In this document: positions 46,626 through 55,885 of the stretch, one piece after another
Position numbering within the stretch: position 1 is the first letter of the stretch
Layout: the number at the start of each line of letters is the position of its first letter
Assembly: GCA_016937155.1 (NCBI GenBank)
Contig: JAFGWM010000032.1
Coordinates: 107,422 to 171,421 of the forward strand
Direction: 5' to 3'
Source of the DNA: Deltaproteobacteria bacterium
GTDB taxonomy: Bacteria; Myxococcota_A; Polyangia; HGW-17
DNA length: 64,000 nt
Program-made: the position numbers and the translations under genes
The notes under the pieces: generated by a model
The model's input: the letters and a program-made list of their open reading frames with translations, nothing else
The model's database searches: none
What the model was told of the DNA's origin: nothing

Positions 46626-48691
46626 AAAAGGAAAATCAGTTAAAATTAAGTTCAACCCTGATATCTCCTCAGGAGAAACTGGTAAGTCCGGTAAGAATAA
46701 TTCTCGCTGCTGCAGTGTTTGTGATAACTCTGATTATTATTTTTTCGGGATCTGAACAAAAATCTACGGGAATAAAAATTTTTTCGGGAATTGAAAAAAT
46801 AAATGCTCTGGAATTTCAAAGTGATAATAAAAAATATAAAATCATCAAAAGAAAAAATTTACACTGGGTTGTAAGTAATTGGAAATCATATGATGTTGAA
46901 GCACTCGATGAACATATTGTTGAGTATTTTTTAAAACTTTCCAGATTAAAGGGACATTTGCATTCAGGTAGCAGTGGAAAAAAATGTTTCACTCTAAAAT
47001 TTTTCATCAAAAATCTATCGAAAAATGTTGATTTTTCGCAAGAAAACAGGGACCTCATTATTTCAACAGAAGGTAAAAATTTTATAATAAAAAATCACGA
47101 TTGTATGTCTTATTTATTAAAGGTTGAAAATATTGCGGATAAATCTGTTTTGAAAAATGCGGGTATAATAAAAAAACTGGTTTTGAATGTTGCTACTGCA
47201 GCTGGAAACAGAAATTATAGCGTATACAGAAAAAGTAATCTCTGGACAATTGGTGAAAAAAAAACAATACCGGTAAAAACAGAATTTATTGAAAAATACA
47301 TAAAAAATCTAAAGAATATTTCCTTCACTGAATTTCTTGATGAAAAAAAAATCAGGACAAAAAAGATTCTTTCCTTTGAAACAGAGAACAATATGAACTG
47401 GGAACTATTCGAGGGCAATAGCAAGAGTTGTCAGGTGGGAGAGATGATTCTCTCATTATCTGTAAATTCCAGTGATAAAGGTTCAGGATGTGTTTCTAAA
47501 ACTATTTTCAATTCAATAAAGGTGGATCTTCCTTCAATTATGGAAGATGCTCTTATTCCTGGTGGTACAAAAAACCAATGGAAAAAACTTGTTTTTTCAA
47601 GAGGTAACAGCAGTTATACTCTTACTGAGAAGGACAGAAAGTGGGATCTCAGAGCAGGTGGTAAGATTTACCCAGGAGACTTCATTTCAATAGAAGAATG
47701 GCTTGCCAGACTGAAAAAAATCAGAATTATAGCACCTGAAAAACCGTTATCATGTGAACCTTCATGGAATATTCTGCTAAACGGAACCAAATATGACTGG
47801 AAACTTGAAGGTTGTTCTGATGAAAGCGGATTTTATATAGTGCGAAACAGTGAATATGAAAGTGTGAAGGTTAATATCAGAGAGAAATTTCTTTTTGAAT
47901 TTTTATGGAATCATTTTGTTTCAAGGGATCTTCTTGATGACTCTCCTCTCGCCAGTGTTGAAAGAAAATTTAAAATAAAGAAGGAAAAATATATACTTAC
48001 AGAAAGAGGAAAGATTTCAATAGAGTCTCCTCTGGATGTTCCTTTTGAAAAAGAAAAACTCACCGAAAAAATAAGCAGACTGAAAAATTTAAGGGCTGAA
48101 GGTTTTTTGGATAAAAAACCAGTAGAAGAACTATCCAGTGATTATATTCTAATTCTTAAGTATCATTCTGGAAAAAAACTTAAGATAGAGTTTTTTAATA
48201 AAGGATTGTATTGTTTTATAAATAAAAAATGGTTCAAAATGAAGGGAGAGGACAAATTCTGGATATATACTCCATGGTGTTCTGAAAAAATTATTCCATG
48301 GAAAGTCAGTGAAACAGTAAAACTGATATTTTCTAAAAACAATAAAATAACAGAAAGTTATCAAAATACTGGAACTCACTGGATTCATGTATCATCGGGA
48401 AAAACTAAAATCATTACTTCAGATGCTATGGATATCAATCTTAAAAGGCTTTCAGGAATGTTTACATCATTAATGGTTGAAAAATATACAGGTAAATTCA
48501 GTGGTGAATATGCGCTGGATCTTTTTTCTCCATCGGGGCTTCATTTTAAAATTTATCTTAATTCTGATTCTTCAGGTCGCATAGATTTACAGAACCCAAC
48601 ATATGGAATAAAATACTCTTTTAAAGTAACAGAAAGAAATAAAAATTTTATTACTGAAAAATTATTACCCCAATCAGGGAAGATTCCCTGA
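46622..48691 (+). CDS. N-terminally membrane-anchored hypothetical protein (689 aa). Its position after the GldFG-like genes suggests the DUF4340-type partner.
   Basis: A single N-terminal TM (..RIILAAAVFVITLIIIFSG..). K/N-rich low-complexity body. ATGA-type overlap with the upstream gene. The DUF4340 assignment is contextual only. Confidence 0.4.
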   Translation: MKKENQLKLSSTLISPQEKLVSPVRIILAAAVFVITLIIIFSGSEQKSTGIKIFSGIEKINALEFQSDNKKYKIIKRKNLHWVVSNWKSYDVEALDEHIVEYFLKLSRLKGHLHSGSSGKKCFTLKFFIKNLSKNVDFSQENRDLIISTEGKNFIIKNHDCMSYLLKVENIADKSVLKNAGIIKKLVLNVATAAGNRNYSVYRKSNLWTIGEKKTIPVKTEFIEKYIKNLKNISFTEFLDEKKIRTKKILSFETENNMNWELFEGNSKSCQVGEMILSLSVNSSDKGSGCVSKTIFNSIKVDLPSIMEDALIPGGTKNQWKKLVFSRGNSSYTLTEKDRKWDLRAGGKIYPGDFISIEEWLARLKKIRIIAPEKPLSCEPSWNILLNGTKYDWKLEGCSDESGFYIVRNSEYESVKVNIREKFLFEFLWNHFVSRDLLDDSPLASVERKFKIKKEKYILTERGKISIESPLDVPFEKEKLTEKISRLKNLRAEGFLDKKPVEELSSDYILILKYHSGKKLKIEFFNKGLYCFINKKWFKMKGEDKFWIYTPWCSEKIIPWKVSETVKLIFSKNNKITESYQNTGTHWIHVSSGKTKIITSDAMDINLKRLSGMFTSLMVEKYTGKFSGEYALDLFSPSGLHFKIYLNSDSSGRIDLQNPTYGIKYSFKVTERNKNFITEKLLPQSGKIP

Positions 48692-49594
48692 AAAGAAAAG
48701 GTTTATTTCATCAGGATTTATTCCGGATGCATCTGGTATTTGAATTCCGAATTCCCTGAAAAATGTTCGTTGCTGTTTTACATATTTTATATGACTGTTT
48801 GCAATTTCATCTTCCAGTTTATCCCGGGATATTTTACCGCTTAAGAACATTAGAACCTGTTTGTAACCAACGCTTTGCATGGATCTCAGGTCTGGGGAAT
48901 ATCCCATATCAAGAAGTCCTTGAACTTCATCGACAAAACCTTCATTCAGCATTTCTTTAACTCGTTTGTGTATTCTTTTTTCAAGAACTTCTTTTCCTGG
49001 ATCCAGGACATATGTAAATGTTTTGCAATATGGTGGGGTTTTACGGTGCTTTTCATGATGCGTGCTTATGGGTATATTTGTCAGATAATATACCTCCAGA
49101 GCTCTGATAAGCCTCACATGATCATTCTGATTAAGTCGTTTAGCTGTATCGGGATCCACCTGAAACAGTGTCTGATGGAGATAACCAGGATTTTTGCTTT
49201 CGATGTTTTTTAGATCTTCTCTAAGATTTTGATCTGCTGAAGGACCATTAAAGAGTCCGTTTACGAGACTTTTTATGTACAGCCCTGTTCCACCACAGAT
49301 TACAACATTTTTTCCACGTTTTATAATATCATCAAATTGTTGACGGGCCATTTCGCTGTATCTGCCTCCGGAAAAGATTTCATCCGGTTGGGCTACGTCA
49401 ATCATATGATGAGGTACAGTCTGCTGTTCCTCTCTGGTGGGTTTTGCGCTACCAATATTTAAATATTTAAATATCTGGACGCTGTCTGCATTTATAATTT
49501 CACTGTTTGTCATTGTGGCAAGATCAATAGCCAGAGATGTTTTTCCGGATGCTGTGGGACCACACACAACGATGGCTTTTTTTTGTGACACCAT
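48674..49594 (-). CDS. miaA: tRNA dimethylallyltransferase MiaA.
   Basis: ..AIVVCGPTASGKTSLAIDLA.. P-loop, and ..ADSVQIFKYLNIGSAKPT...HHMID.. IPP-transferase signature. Confidence 0.9.
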   Translation of the reverse strand: MVSQKKAIVVCGPTASGKTSLAIDLATMTNSEIINADSVQIFKYLNIGSAKPTREEQQTVPHHMIDVAQPDEIFSGGRYSEMARQQFDDIIKRGKNVVICGGTGLYIKSLVNGLFNGPSADQNLREDLKNIESKNPGYLHQTLFQVDPDTAKRLNQNDHVRLIRALEVYYLTNIPISTHHEKHRKTPPYCKTFTYVLDPGKEVLEKRIHKRVKEMLNEGFVDEVQGLLDMGYSPDLRSMQSVGYKQVLMFLSGKISRDKLEDEIANSHIKYVKQQRTFFREFGIQIPDASGINPDEINLFFSGNLP

Positions 49595-49606
49595 TTCCTC
49601 TTAGGG

Positions 49607-50701
49607 TCAGGTTTGTTTTTTATTGACTGCAGGTACAACACAGTCTCTTCCACCTGCCTTAGCCCTATATAATGCTTCATCAGCTTTTTTCAACAATTCA
49701 TCTCCAGTTGAAGCATCATGAGGGAATGTTGCTACGCCAATACTGATACTCAGGTGTCCCAGAGGTTGTTCTCTGGCTCCCGGGACGTCAAGCAGTGAAA
49801 TACCCTGTCTAAGCCTCTCTGCCCTTATAAGTGCCCCATCTTTACTGGTCTGAGGAAGGATCAGAACAAATTCTTCTCCACCGTATCTGCCGATAATATC
49901 AGATTTTCTTGAAGGGGAAATATCATGGCTTCCATCTATCAGAAATGCTGATACTGATTTCAGCACAATATCACCTACATCATGACCATGGCGGTCATTA
50001 TAAAGTTTGAAATGGTCAATATCTGTAAAAATTATAGAAACTTCGCTTTCATATCTGATGCAGCGTGCTATTTCTTCTTCCAGCCTTGATTTTATAGTCA
50101 CATGATTATAAAGCCCAGTCAGGCCATCCCTTATTGCTGCTTTTTGAAGTTCAGCATTGGCACTTTCCAGCTGTCTCAGGGCATCCAGCAGTTCCTGTGT
50201 TCTTTCATCCAGACTTTTCCGGAGAAGTTCTCTGTGTTTTTTCAGATCATCATTTGCACTGACCAGAGATTTGTTTGCATATTTAAGTTCGAGGAGAAGA
50301 ATTTCATTTTTTCTCTCGAGATCTGTCATCTGGTTCATCTGGTGCAGAATTGCTGTAAGTTCATTAATATCCCATGGCTTTTTGATAAAATAGTTTATCG
50401 AGCCTATGTTTACTGCCTGCATAGCCATTTCACCGTCACTGTTTCCAGTCATCAGAATTCTTTTGGCCTGAGGTGCAATTTTTTTTGTTTGAGTAAACAG
50501 TTCAATTCCATTTATTCCCCCAGGCATAAACATATCGCTGATGATGATTTTTACATCTATGCCACTTCTGATTTTTTGAAGAGCTTCCTCTCCTGATGAG
50601 GCCTCATGAATTTCATAATCGTCAAAAAGAGCACGCCGAATGGATGCCCTAATGTTAGCTTCATCATCTACAACCAGAAGTCCGGGAATAGTATCAGTCA
50701 T
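49607..50701 (-). CDS. Response regulator with a REC receiver domain and a GGDEF diguanylate cyclase domain.
   Basis: An N-terminal receiver (..LLVVDDEANIR.., ..IIISDMFMPG..), a coiled-coil linker and a GGEEF active site (..GRYGGEEFVLIL..). Confidence 0.85.
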   Translation of the reverse strand: MTDTIPGLLVVDDEANIRASIRRALFDDYEIHEASSGEEALQKIRSGIDVKIIISDMFMPGGINGIELFTQTKKIAPQAKRILMTGNSDGEMAMQAVNIGSINYFIKKPWDINELTAILHQMNQMTDLERKNEILLLELKYANKSLVSANDDLKKHRELLRKSLDERTQELLDALRQLESANAELQKAAIRDGLTGLYNHVTIKSRLEEEIARCIRYESEVSIIFTDIDHFKLYNDRHGHDVGDIVLKSVSAFLIDGSHDISPSRKSDIIGRYGGEEFVLILPQTSKDGALIRAERLRQGISLLDVPGAREQPLGHLSISIGVATFPHDASTGDELLKKADEALYRAKAGGRDCVVPAVNKKQT

Positions 50702-50889
50702 TGGATCCTCAAAATAGTTACTCTTGTACCCTCTCGAGTATTACTATCGGTTTATTCTCTAAGAGTTTAACTGAATTCGGAAAAATGTTCGTATTTAAAC
50801 GTATTAAATCAGATCATCAACTTGAAAAATAATTCTCAGGTAGTATTTTGAAAAGAGGATATGTATTATCCAGCTTTAAGGAGGATTAA

Positions 50890-51135
50890 ATGAAAAAGTT
50901 AACAGTTATGGTTTTTTTACTGGCTTTCTCAGGATGTGCCGCAAGGCAAACAAAAACACAACCTGTGGCTGGGGCTTCCGCTGATTCAACATCAAATATG
51001 ACTTCAACGGAGACCGGAAAAGCTGAAGAGCCGGCTGCCAGTCCAGGAAGAAAAATGATCATTGAAAAAGAAAAACCGGAAAATAGAACTAGTGGCCATA
51101 GAAATGACACTGAAGGTACAGAAGAGATGCAATGA
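50890..51135 (+). CDS. Small lipoprotein (81 aa) with a conserved C-terminal RTSGHRNDTEGTEEMQ tail.
   Basis: Signal peptide plus lipobox (LAFSGC). GGAGG RBS. ATGA overlap with the paralogous downstream gene. Confidence 0.5.
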   Translation: MKKLTVMVFLLAFSGCAARQTKTQPVAGASADSTSNMTSTETGKAEEPAASPGRKMIIEKEKPENRTSGHRNDTEGTEEMQ

Positions 51136-51650
51136 AAAATTATTTAACAGTAATTCTGATTTTAATGCTGAGTTATTCGGGGTGTTCCAAAAAGGGTGAT
51201 CCTGAAAATGAAAAGAGCAGTGAAATAAAGAAGGTTCCGCAAAAGAAGGAAAATACTCCATCTGAGAAGAAACTTCATGAAAGACCTACTGATAAGGAAG
51301 AGACCAAATCCCTTGAAGATCCATCTGCTGTAATGGAGGCTCCTGGTGGAAAGTTAACGGATACCATAAAAGCAACTGGTGCAGGTGATTCAACTGCTGT
51401 AAAACAAATGAATCTGAGAAGTTTTAAGAAAAAGGAAGACAAGAAAAAACCAAAGATTCCGGGAAGAAACGGAGTATCAGGATTGGATATCCGTCCGGTA
51501 CTTAAAAGGCCACCTTCCAGAAGTGATGCAGACCAGTCTAGGGATAGTACCGTAAAAAAAATAAAGAAAATAACCGGAAAAGGCAAGGGTGATTATAGAA
51601 CAAGTGGGCATCGTAATGATATGGAGGGTACTGAAGAAATTCAGGATTGA
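51132..51650 (+). CDS. Lipoprotein (172 aa), low-complexity and K/E-rich, with the same C-terminal RTSGHRNDMEGTEEIQ tail.
   Basis: Signal peptide plus lipobox (LSYSGC). C-terminal 15 aa nearly identical to the upstream gene's. Confidence 0.5.
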   Translation: MKNYLTVILILMLSYSGCSKKGDPENEKSSEIKKVPQKKENTPSEKKLHERPTDKEETKSLEDPSAVMEAPGGKLTDTIKATGAGDSTAVKQMNLRSFKKKEDKKKPKIPGRNGVSGLDIRPVLKRPPSRSDADQSRDSTVKKIKKITGKGKGDYRTSGHRNDMEGTEEIQD

Positions 51651-53839
51651 CCGGTTAATCTCTCATAAAGAAAAGTATTGCGATGTTTTTTTAAATAGTT
51701 GGATATAGCCATGCCCATTGCTTTTTGAGTTCCCACCATAACCACCAGTTTTCTTGCTCTGGTAACTGCTGTATAAATGAGATTTCTCTGGAGCATAACG
51801 GCATGTTGGGTGTGAATTGGCATTACAACAGCACCATATTCACTACCCTGACTTTTATGTATGCTTACTGCATAGGCAAGTGACATTTCAGACAGCTTTT
51901 TCTCTGGAATTTGTACACTTTTTTCATCAAAATCAACAGTCAGTGAGTTATCGTCATCATTGATTTCACTGATTGTTCCAATATCACCATTAAAAATTCC
52001 AAGATCATAATTGTTTCTGAGTTGAATTATTCGATCTCCCTTTATATATTTTTTATCTCCTCTTGTAATAAAATCCGGACTTTTATTGAGAGCTTTCTGA
52101 AGTTCAGTGTTAAGATTTTCAGTTCCCAAAACACCCTTATGCATAGGAGATAATACCTGAATATCTGTAAAAGGGCTTAATCCATAGGAATCGGGTATTC
52201 GTTCAGAAACAAGTTGAATTATTATTTTAAGTACATCGTTTGGATCTTCCTTATTGATAAAGAACAGATCACCATTGTTTCCCTTTCCGGAAATTATTTC
52301 CATTCCGGTATTTATGTTATGAGCACTTTGTACAATATTACTTTCCATAGCCTGACGGTATATTGTGGAAAGAGTTATTACATTGAATATTCCCGATCTA
52401 ATAAGATCCTCAAGAACGCTTCCTGGTCCTACCGAGGGAAGTTGATCCTTATCTCCCACCAGAATCAGAGAAGTTTTATCAGTCAGAGCCATGGACAGGT
52501 GATACATCAATGGAAGATCCACCATGGAAACCTCATCAATTACAATAAAATTTGCATCCAGTGGATTTTTTTCGTTTTTTCCCCAGAAATTTTTTCCAGG
52601 CTGATAATCAAGGAGGCGATGAATAGTTCTAGCTTCGAGACCGGTGGCCTGTGAAAGTCTTTTTGCTGCTCTTCCGGTTGGGGCTGCAAGTTCAATTGAA
52701 AAACCGTCATTAATTACATTTTCACAGATAGCTTTCACAAGGGTTGTTTTCCCTGTTCCCGGCCCACCAGTTATAATAGTTATTCCCCCTTTGAGGGCAT
52801 TTCGAACGGCTTCAATCTGAAGAACATCAAGTTCTATATTCTGATGTTCAAACATAATCCGGTAAATTTCATCTGGCTTTTTATGGATTACTCCACCGGT
52901 TGTTTCTTTTAGTTTTTTCAGTTTTTTAGCGAGCTGGGTTTCGCAGTAGTGTAATCTCTTTTGGTAGATCATTTCACCCTGGACAATTACAAGCTCTTTT
53001 GCAGTTAATGAATTTACTATTGCCGAAAAATTCAGATCCTGAATATCAGTGTAGTTTCGGCACAGTTCCCTGAAGTCTTCCATGTTGAGAAAGATATGGC
53101 CGGCTGATTCACTTTCCCGAAGTATATACATTGCGGCGGCTTCCAGTCTGAATGGACTGTCTGGCTTAAATCCCATTTTAAGTGCAATCCGATCAGCGGT
53201 ATGAAAACCAATCCCCCATATTTCATCTGCAAGTCTGTAGGGATTTTCAGTGACTTTGTCCTTTGTTGTATCCTGATATTCCTGATAGATTTTCATGGAG
53301 GTTCCGACACCTACTCCGAGGCTTTGGAGCCATACCATTGTCGAAGCCATTTTTTTTCTTTTATTGAAACTCTCGGAAATAATTTTATATTTCTTTTTCC
53401 CGATACCATCGATTTCCATTAATCTTTCTGGTGAATTTTCTATAACACTTAGAGTTGTAGAACCAAAGTAGTTAACAATTTTTTCAGCGGTTGATATTCC
53501 AATGCCATTAACAAGACCGCTCCCGAGAAATCGGATTGTACCTTCAATGGAAGCTGGTTCGGATAACATCAAAGTTTCAATTCTTAACTGAAGACCAAAG
53601 CGGCTGTCATTTTCCCAGATTCCGCTGCAGCATACCCAGTCTCCAGGGTTAATCTCACCGGTGATACCAACACAATTAATAGTATTGTCGTCTCCTTCCG
53701 GTCTGAATCTGAAAACAGAATAGCCATTATTTTCATTATGAAATCTGATTGATACAATTTCACCTGAATAACTGGAGTTTTTCCCATTAAGATTGGGATT
53801 TATCAAATCCAGTTTCCCGACGCCATAGCGTTTGTCCAA
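51641..53839 (-). CDS. recD2: RecD2-like SF1B ATP-dependent DNA helicase (RecD/TraA family).
   Basis: Walker A ..ITGGPGTGKTTLVKAI.., ..FIVIDEVSMVD.. (motif II), ..LILVGDKDQLPSVGPG.., ..STIYRQ.. and a C-terminal ..TAVTRARK... Length 732 aa. Confidence 0.85.
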   Translation of the reverse strand: MDKRYGVGKLDLINPNLNGKNSSYSGEIVSIRFHNENNGYSVFRFRPEGDDNTINCVGITGEINPGDWVCCSGIWENDSRFGLQLRIETLMLSEPASIEGTIRFLGSGLVNGIGISTAEKIVNYFGSTTLSVIENSPERLMEIDGIGKKKYKIISESFNKRKKMASTMVWLQSLGVGVGTSMKIYQEYQDTTKDKVTENPYRLADEIWGIGFHTADRIALKMGFKPDSPFRLEAAAMYILRESESAGHIFLNMEDFRELCRNYTDIQDLNFSAIVNSLTAKELVIVQGEMIYQKRLHYCETQLAKKLKKLKETTGGVIHKKPDEIYRIMFEHQNIELDVLQIEAVRNALKGGITIITGGPGTGKTTLVKAICENVINDGFSIELAAPTGRAAKRLSQATGLEARTIHRLLDYQPGKNFWGKNEKNPLDANFIVIDEVSMVDLPLMYHLSMALTDKTSLILVGDKDQLPSVGPGSVLEDLIRSGIFNVITLSTIYRQAMESNIVQSAHNINTGMEIISGKGNNGDLFFINKEDPNDVLKIIIQLVSERIPDSYGLSPFTDIQVLSPMHKGVLGTENLNTELQKALNKSPDFITRGDKKYIKGDRIIQLRNNYDLGIFNGDIGTISEINDDDNSLTVDFDEKSVQIPEKKLSEMSLAYAVSIHKSQGSEYGAVVMPIHTQHAVMLQRNLIYTAVTRARKLVVMVGTQKAMGMAISNYLKKHRNTFLYERLTGQS

Positions 53840-53962
53840 TTTGCAGCTCCATTCACCATGCAGTTGATATTAACATCACTTTGTTATACAACAACGGTGG
53901 ATATATAAAAGATGTTGTATCAATTTATGTAATTGTTATCCTAAAAAAACAGGGTTTATTGA

Positions 53963-54520
53963 ATGGACGGGCTTCTGAAATATAAAAAAATTGAAATACT
54001 ACCTGGCGAAATATGTGGTGTGATCAGTGATACTCACAGTACTTTTTTGCCTGAAGAAGTGGTAAGAAATCTGAGAAATTATTTTCACAGTGTAAAATAT
54101 TTATTACATTTAGGAGATGTAACTCATCCAGGTGTGATTAACGATCTGGAGGCTGACGGTTTTAGTGTAATTTCTGTTTTAGGTAATAATGACAGATTGT
54201 TAAGCACCCCAAGTGTTGTTGTACTTGAGGGGGGTGGATATAAAGTTGGCATGGTTCATGGAGGAGGTGGGGGATATGGAGATGTTGAAAAGAGATGTCT
54301 TCGGATTATAAGATCCGTGTTTACTGATAATCTTGATGGAGTGCTGTTCGGACATATCCACATTCCAGTGGATAAGATCATAAACGGAATTCGTTTTATG
54401 AATCCCGGTTCGCTGATATTTCCGAGACATGATCCGGATGAAAAATACCCGGCGATACCCCATGCCGCATTTTTCAGTTTCGGAAAAGACGGGCCGGAAT
54501 TTGAAATTTTTTCGTTTTAG
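53963..54520 (+). CDS. YfcE-like calcineurin-like metallophosphoesterase.
   Basis: ..GVISDTHS.., ..LHLGDVTHPG.., ..GNND.. and ..GHIHIPV.. motifs. Confidence 0.7.
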   Translation: MDGLLKYKKIEILPGEICGVISDTHSTFLPEEVVRNLRNYFHSVKYLLHLGDVTHPGVINDLEADGFSVISVLGNNDRLLSTPSVVVLEGGGYKVGMVHGGGGGYGDVEKRCLRIIRSVFTDNLDGVLFGHIHIPVDKIINGIRFMNPGSLIFPRHDPDEKYPAIPHAAFFSFGKDGPEFEIFSF

Positions 54521-54752
54521 TACCGGATAATCCGATGTGATGTTTTCATGATGGATTATTTTTTGCCGGTTATATTTCTGGTGATTTATTTTCTGATGTG
54601 GTTATACCTGAAGATAGAATCCGGGAATTTTAATTGGAGAATAAAAAATTTTTTTTAATTAATTTTGAATCATGCTTGAATACTTACGTATCTCAGCATA
54701 TAACTTGTTCATGAATTTTTGAAAACATGAAAACCAAATGGAAGGAGTTGAC

Positions 54753-55160
54753 ATGAGGAAATTAGTTACATTTATGAGTGTTGTTGCTCTGAGCGCTGCT
54801 ACAATGCTGTCTGGTTGTGTTGTAAGTGCACGTCCGGCAACAGTTAGTTACAGCTACGGTGGATGGAATGCACAGTATTACAATGGAGCTCTTGTATACT
54901 ACGATACAATGGGAAGACCATATTACTACACCAGTGGCGTCAGGTATTATGTACCTGCAACATGGTATGGTTATTCCAGACTTGTTAACCACTACAGAGT
55001 CCACAGAAGTGCATACCTCAGATGGCATACCAGATATCACAGACCACGTCATTTCAGATATCGTCGCAGAGCTACAGTTCGTACCAGAGGCCGTGTTGTA
55101 AGAAGAACAACACACAGAAGACGTACTGTAAGAAGAGTAAGAGCACGCAGAAGAAGATAA
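54753..55160 (+). CDS. Small lipoprotein with a Tyr/Trp/Gly-rich middle and an extreme poly-arginine C-terminal tail. The start is taken at the ATG at 54753 (GGAGG RBS), not the track's 54738.
   Basis: MRKLVTFMSVVALSAATMLSGC lipobox, then ..YYNGALVYYDTMGRPYYYTSGVRYYVPATWYGY.., then ..RYRRRATVRTRGRVVRRTTHRRRTVRRVRARRRR. Local GC is elevated. Confidence 0.5.
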   Translation: MRKLVTFMSVVALSAATMLSGCVVSARPATVSYSYGGWNAQYYNGALVYYDTMGRPYYYTSGVRYYVPATWYGYSRLVNHYRVHRSAYLRWHTRYHRPRHFRYRRRATVRTRGRVVRRTTHRRRTVRRVRARRRR

Positions 55161-55416
55161 TCTTCTTAATCCCATCCAATTTACCATTTCTGCTAATCCA
55201 ATAATCTTTAATTAGGGTTTTTTCAACCGACGGATTTTTGTTTCAAAAAAAGATCTGTATTGTCGATTTATTCTAAAATGTAAAAAGATGGCAGGAGAAA
55301 TCATTCATAAAGGGTGATTCAAAAAAATTTTTTTCTAAAAAAAGTTAATACTTGCAAATTATCCGGTGATGTTGGATACCACACAGTATCAGATGGCGTA
55401 CCGTCCGGAGATTAGA

Positions 55417-55860
55417 ATGAACCTGAAAAAGATTTTAAAGAAATCAAATATATGTATTGACCTGAAAAGTACGGACAAGAAGTCTGTGATCAGTGAGATG
55501 CTGGATATTATTATCAGCAATGGAATAGTGAAGGATCCTGAGGGTGCACTTAAAGCTCTTTATGAACGTGAAGAAAAAATGTCCACCGGTATGGAAATGG
55601 GTATTGCGATTCCTCACGCTAGAACTGATGCTGTATCAGAGCTTCAGATAGCTGTTGGAATCAGTAGAAAAGGTGTAGATTTTGAAGCTCTGGACGGGGA
55701 ACCATCAAGGATAATAATTATGACATTGTCTCCTACCGCCAGAAGTGGTCCCCATATTCAGTTCATTGCTGCAATCAGCAACATTCTTTCAGATTTTAAC
55801 AAAAGAGAAGGTCTGATTAAGGCAGCGACTGTTGAGGAAGCATTAAAAATTCTCATTTGA
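55417..55860 (+). CDS. ptsN: PTS EIIA of the fructose/nitrogen type (PtsN-like). Start corrected to the internal ATG.
   Basis: MNLKKILKKSNICIDL.. and the active-site His in ..GIAIPHARTD.. Length about 148 aa. Confidence 0.75.
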   Translation: MNLKKILKKSNICIDLKSTDKKSVISEMLDIIISNGIVKDPEGALKALYEREEKMSTGMEMGIAIPHARTDAVSELQIAVGISRKGVDFEALDGEPSRIIIMTLSPTARSGPHIQFIAAISNILSDFNKREGLIKAATVEEALKILI

Positions 55861-55885
55861 ACTTCATTTTCCGGGAGGTTCCAGA

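Noticed and set aside
54762-55187. 141-aa Ser/Cys/Thr-rich minus-strand ORF opposite the Arg-rich lipoprotein gene
   Set aside because: It is the mirror of an Arg-codon-rich stretch. It has no RBS or recognisable start context, whereas the plus-strand ORF has a GGAGG RBS and a signal peptide with lipobox.
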